Shown: positions 23,904-25,901 of the stretch, one piece after another
Numbering within the stretch: position 1 is the stretch's first letter
Layout: each line of letters opens with the position of its first letter
Origin: a virus
Taxonomy: Duplodnaviria; Caudoviricetes
Virus record (IMG/VR): IMGVR_UViG_3300030106_002948
Location: 1-25,901 of that record
Direction: 5' to 3' (one strand)
Length of the DNA: 25,901 nucleotides
Program-made: the position numbers and the translations under genes
The notes under the pieces: model-generated
Databases searched by the model: none
Seen by the model: only the letters and a program-made list of their open reading frames with translations
What the model was told of the DNA's origin: nothing

Positions 23904-25901
23904 ATGGTAACATCTCCCGCATCATTCTTTATGGCGTCTAGTGGTGCAGCCACATTTGACTCTACTCTGATTGGTAATTCAATTTGGTTGGATGGTTCTG
24001 CTGATTTTTTAAACAGGCAAAACGGTAGTGATTTTTCTAACCGCAAAGAAGTTACTTTATCTTTCTGGGTGCAGAGAAATAAATTTTCCAGTCAACAAGC
24101 AATCTTTGCAGGTTTGGAAAATGGTGAAGGGTTTATTATTCAATTTATGTCTGGTGATACATTTCAGTTATATTTGAATGGGACAGCTAATCTTACCACA
24201 AATGCTGTTTTTAGAGATATTGGGTGGTACCACATTTTGGTGAGCATTGACACATCACAAGCTGTGTCATCTGATAGATCAAAAGTCTATATCAATGGTG
24301 AGCAGATTACATCTTTCTCATCTGCTGCTTATCCGTCACAAGATTCTAACATACCCGGCATTTCTGGTGAGATGACATCATCAGAAAATATGAGAATTGG
24401 AAACTATAATAATGGTGTTTCTAATTTTTATTTTCACAAAGGTTATGTTACTCAAGCCTGTATGATAGAAAGTAAGTCTATTCAACAAGGTGACTTTACT
24501 GTTAGTGATTTTTTAGATACATATACATTTGGAACTAATGGTTCACAGTTTATTCCAAAGAAAGATAGCGACATTGCCGCATTAGCATCTGCTGCTGGTG
24601 GTAATTCATTCTGTTTAGATTTTGGAGATAGTTCTGATCTTGGTAATGATATTAGCAGCAATAATAATGATTTCACTCCTACAAGTATGGCAGCAGCTAA
24701 TCAAACTGTACATACACCTAGTTTACAATTTCCAGTGTTAAACGCTTTAAATGGTGATGCTACTCTTGTTGGTTCTTTAAGTTTTGGAAACAGACTAGCT
24801 GTTGGCGTATCTAGTTGGGATTCTGTTTTTGCAACTAAATCAATGGGTAGTTCTGGTAAGTACTACTACGAAGTCAGAATGCATACTGAGACTGGTTCAA
24901 ATGGATTTATCGCTGGTATACATGAAGAAAGCACTACATCAAAAAACTGGGCAAACTACATAGGTAACTCAACATCTACCTATGGTTTAGGATATGCGTT
25001 ATATACTGCAACAAATGGTTTTTATACAAATGGCAGCGTAACATCTATAAGTGGATACACCAGTAATATAGCGGCTGGTGATATAGTTATGATGGCGGTA
25101 GACCTTGATAATAATAAACTATACTGGGGTGTAAACGGTACGTTTTTTAATAGTGGTGATCCAGCAAATGGCACGGGTGCGTCAACAACTATACAAGCAG
25201 ATACAGAATATGTATTCGGATTGTCTACAAGTGCATCAGAAGATTATTTTGTAAATTTTGGTCAAGACAGTACGTTTGGTGGTGAAACGACTGCTGGTAA
25301 TAACACTGATGCTAATGGTGTAGGTGATTTTAAATATACTGTACCCACTGGTTTTCAGTGTCTTGCTTCGAGTAGTTTAACTGCACCAGACTATCAAGGA
25401 ATAGATTACTTTGATGCTACTCTTTACGAAGGCAATGGCACTGGTCAAAGAGTAGGTGACTTTGTTCCGTTCACTGATGCGTATACTGTAACAAATTCGG
25501 TAATGTTTGAGGATGGAGATAGCAGATCACTCACACTAAACTCTTCTGCAACTAGAACTTCTGCTACAGTGGCTGCTTTTAGTCTGTGGACAAAGAGAGG
25601 CAACTTAGGAATAAATGCTCGTCCTTTAACCGTTCAAGTAGATGGTAATAATTATTTTAGTATTTATTACAATACAAGCGATCAACTTGATTTTACAATT
25701 AACAACGGTGGTGCCACCATTCTTCAGAGAATTACAACCAGAGCATTTAAAGATACTTCTGCTTGGCACAATATAGTTGTTATTATAAATCAAGGAGAAA
25801 GCACTCAAGCAGACAGAGTAAAAATATTTTATGATGGCGTACAGATTGCTAATGATTCAACAGGTTTTGGTACTAATACCTGTACGCTTGATGGATCATC
25901 G
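23904..25901 (+). CDS. LamG/concanavalin-A plus SPRY-like domain tail fibre or receptor-binding protein, running off the right edge (not in ORF track)
   Basis: ATG directly after the upstream TAA; MVTSPASFFM...TLSFWVQR...FRDIGWYHILV...KVYING, then SGKYYYEV...MAVDLDNNKLYWGVNG, then a second FKDTSAWHNIVV LamG-like unit. Confidence 0.85.
   Translation, partial: MVTSPASFFMASSGAATFDSTLIGNSIWLDGSADFLNRQNGSDFSNRKEVTLSFWVQRNKFSSQQAIFAGLENGEGFIIQFMSGDTFQLYLNGTANLTTNAVFRDIGWYHILVSIDTSQAVSSDRSKVYINGEQITSFSSAAYPSQDSNIPGISGEMTSSENMRIGNYNNGVSNFYFHKGYVTQACMIESKSIQQGDFTVSDFLDTYTFGTNGSQFIPKKDSDIAALASAAGGNSFCLDFGDSSDLGNDISSNNNDFTPTSMAAANQTVHTPSLQFPVLNALNGDATLVGSLSFGNRLAVGVSSWDSVFATKSMGSSGKYYYEVRMHTETGSNGFIAGIHEESTTSKNWANYIGNSTSTYGLGYALYTATNGFYTNGSVTSISGYTSNIAAGDIVMMAVDLDNNKLYWGVNGTFFNSGDPANGTGASTTIQADTEYVFGLSTSASEDYFVNFGQDSTFGGETTAGNNTDANGVGDFKYTVPTGFQCLASSSLTAPDYQGIDYFDATLYEGNGTGQRVGDFVPFTDAYTVTNSVMFEDGDSRSLTLNSSATRTSATVAAFSLWTKRGNLGINARPLTVQVDGNNYFSIYYNTSDQLDFTINNGGATILQRITTRAFKDTSAWHNIVVIINQGESTQADRVKIFYDGVQIANDSTGFGTNTCTLDGSS

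Noticed and set aside
1-25901. tRNA genes, integrase or att sites, transposases, further hammerheads
   Set aside because: No cloverleaf or recombinase motifs seen by eye; other CTGATGA matches lie within coding regions and I saw no flanking hammerhead stems. tRNAscan and Infernal were not run.

Overview
Segment of a tailed dsDNA phage genome, probably an aquatic proteobacterial podo-like phage (inferred from gene content and LamG/SPRY tail fibres). There are two divergent arms. The left arm (1-4148, minus strand, visibly GC-rich) looks like an early or host-takeover operon: MoxR-like AAA+ ATPase, Ocr-like acidic protein, C39-like cysteine peptidase, a two-helix membrane protein and a 54-aa ArfA-like ribosome-rescue factor that the ORF track missed. 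The right arm (plus strand, progressively more AT-rich) carries TerS, an antisense DNA adenine methyltransferase, DUF1937, a LexA-type HTH protein, a PD-(D/E)xK nuclease, TerL, a metallophosphoesterase, portal, GroES, scaffold, major capsid, small basic proteins, connectors and tail fibres. The main non-coding signals are: (i) a type III hammerhead-like ribozyme with a branched stem II directly upstream of the first early RBS, ending a roughly 270-nt structured leader; (ii) ten copies of a palindrome RRGTTA-W4-TAACYY across both arms; (iii) RNase III-like long hairpins between early genes; (iv) a dense CTAG cluster next to the methyltransferase. All family assignments come from motif recognition by eye, not database searches.
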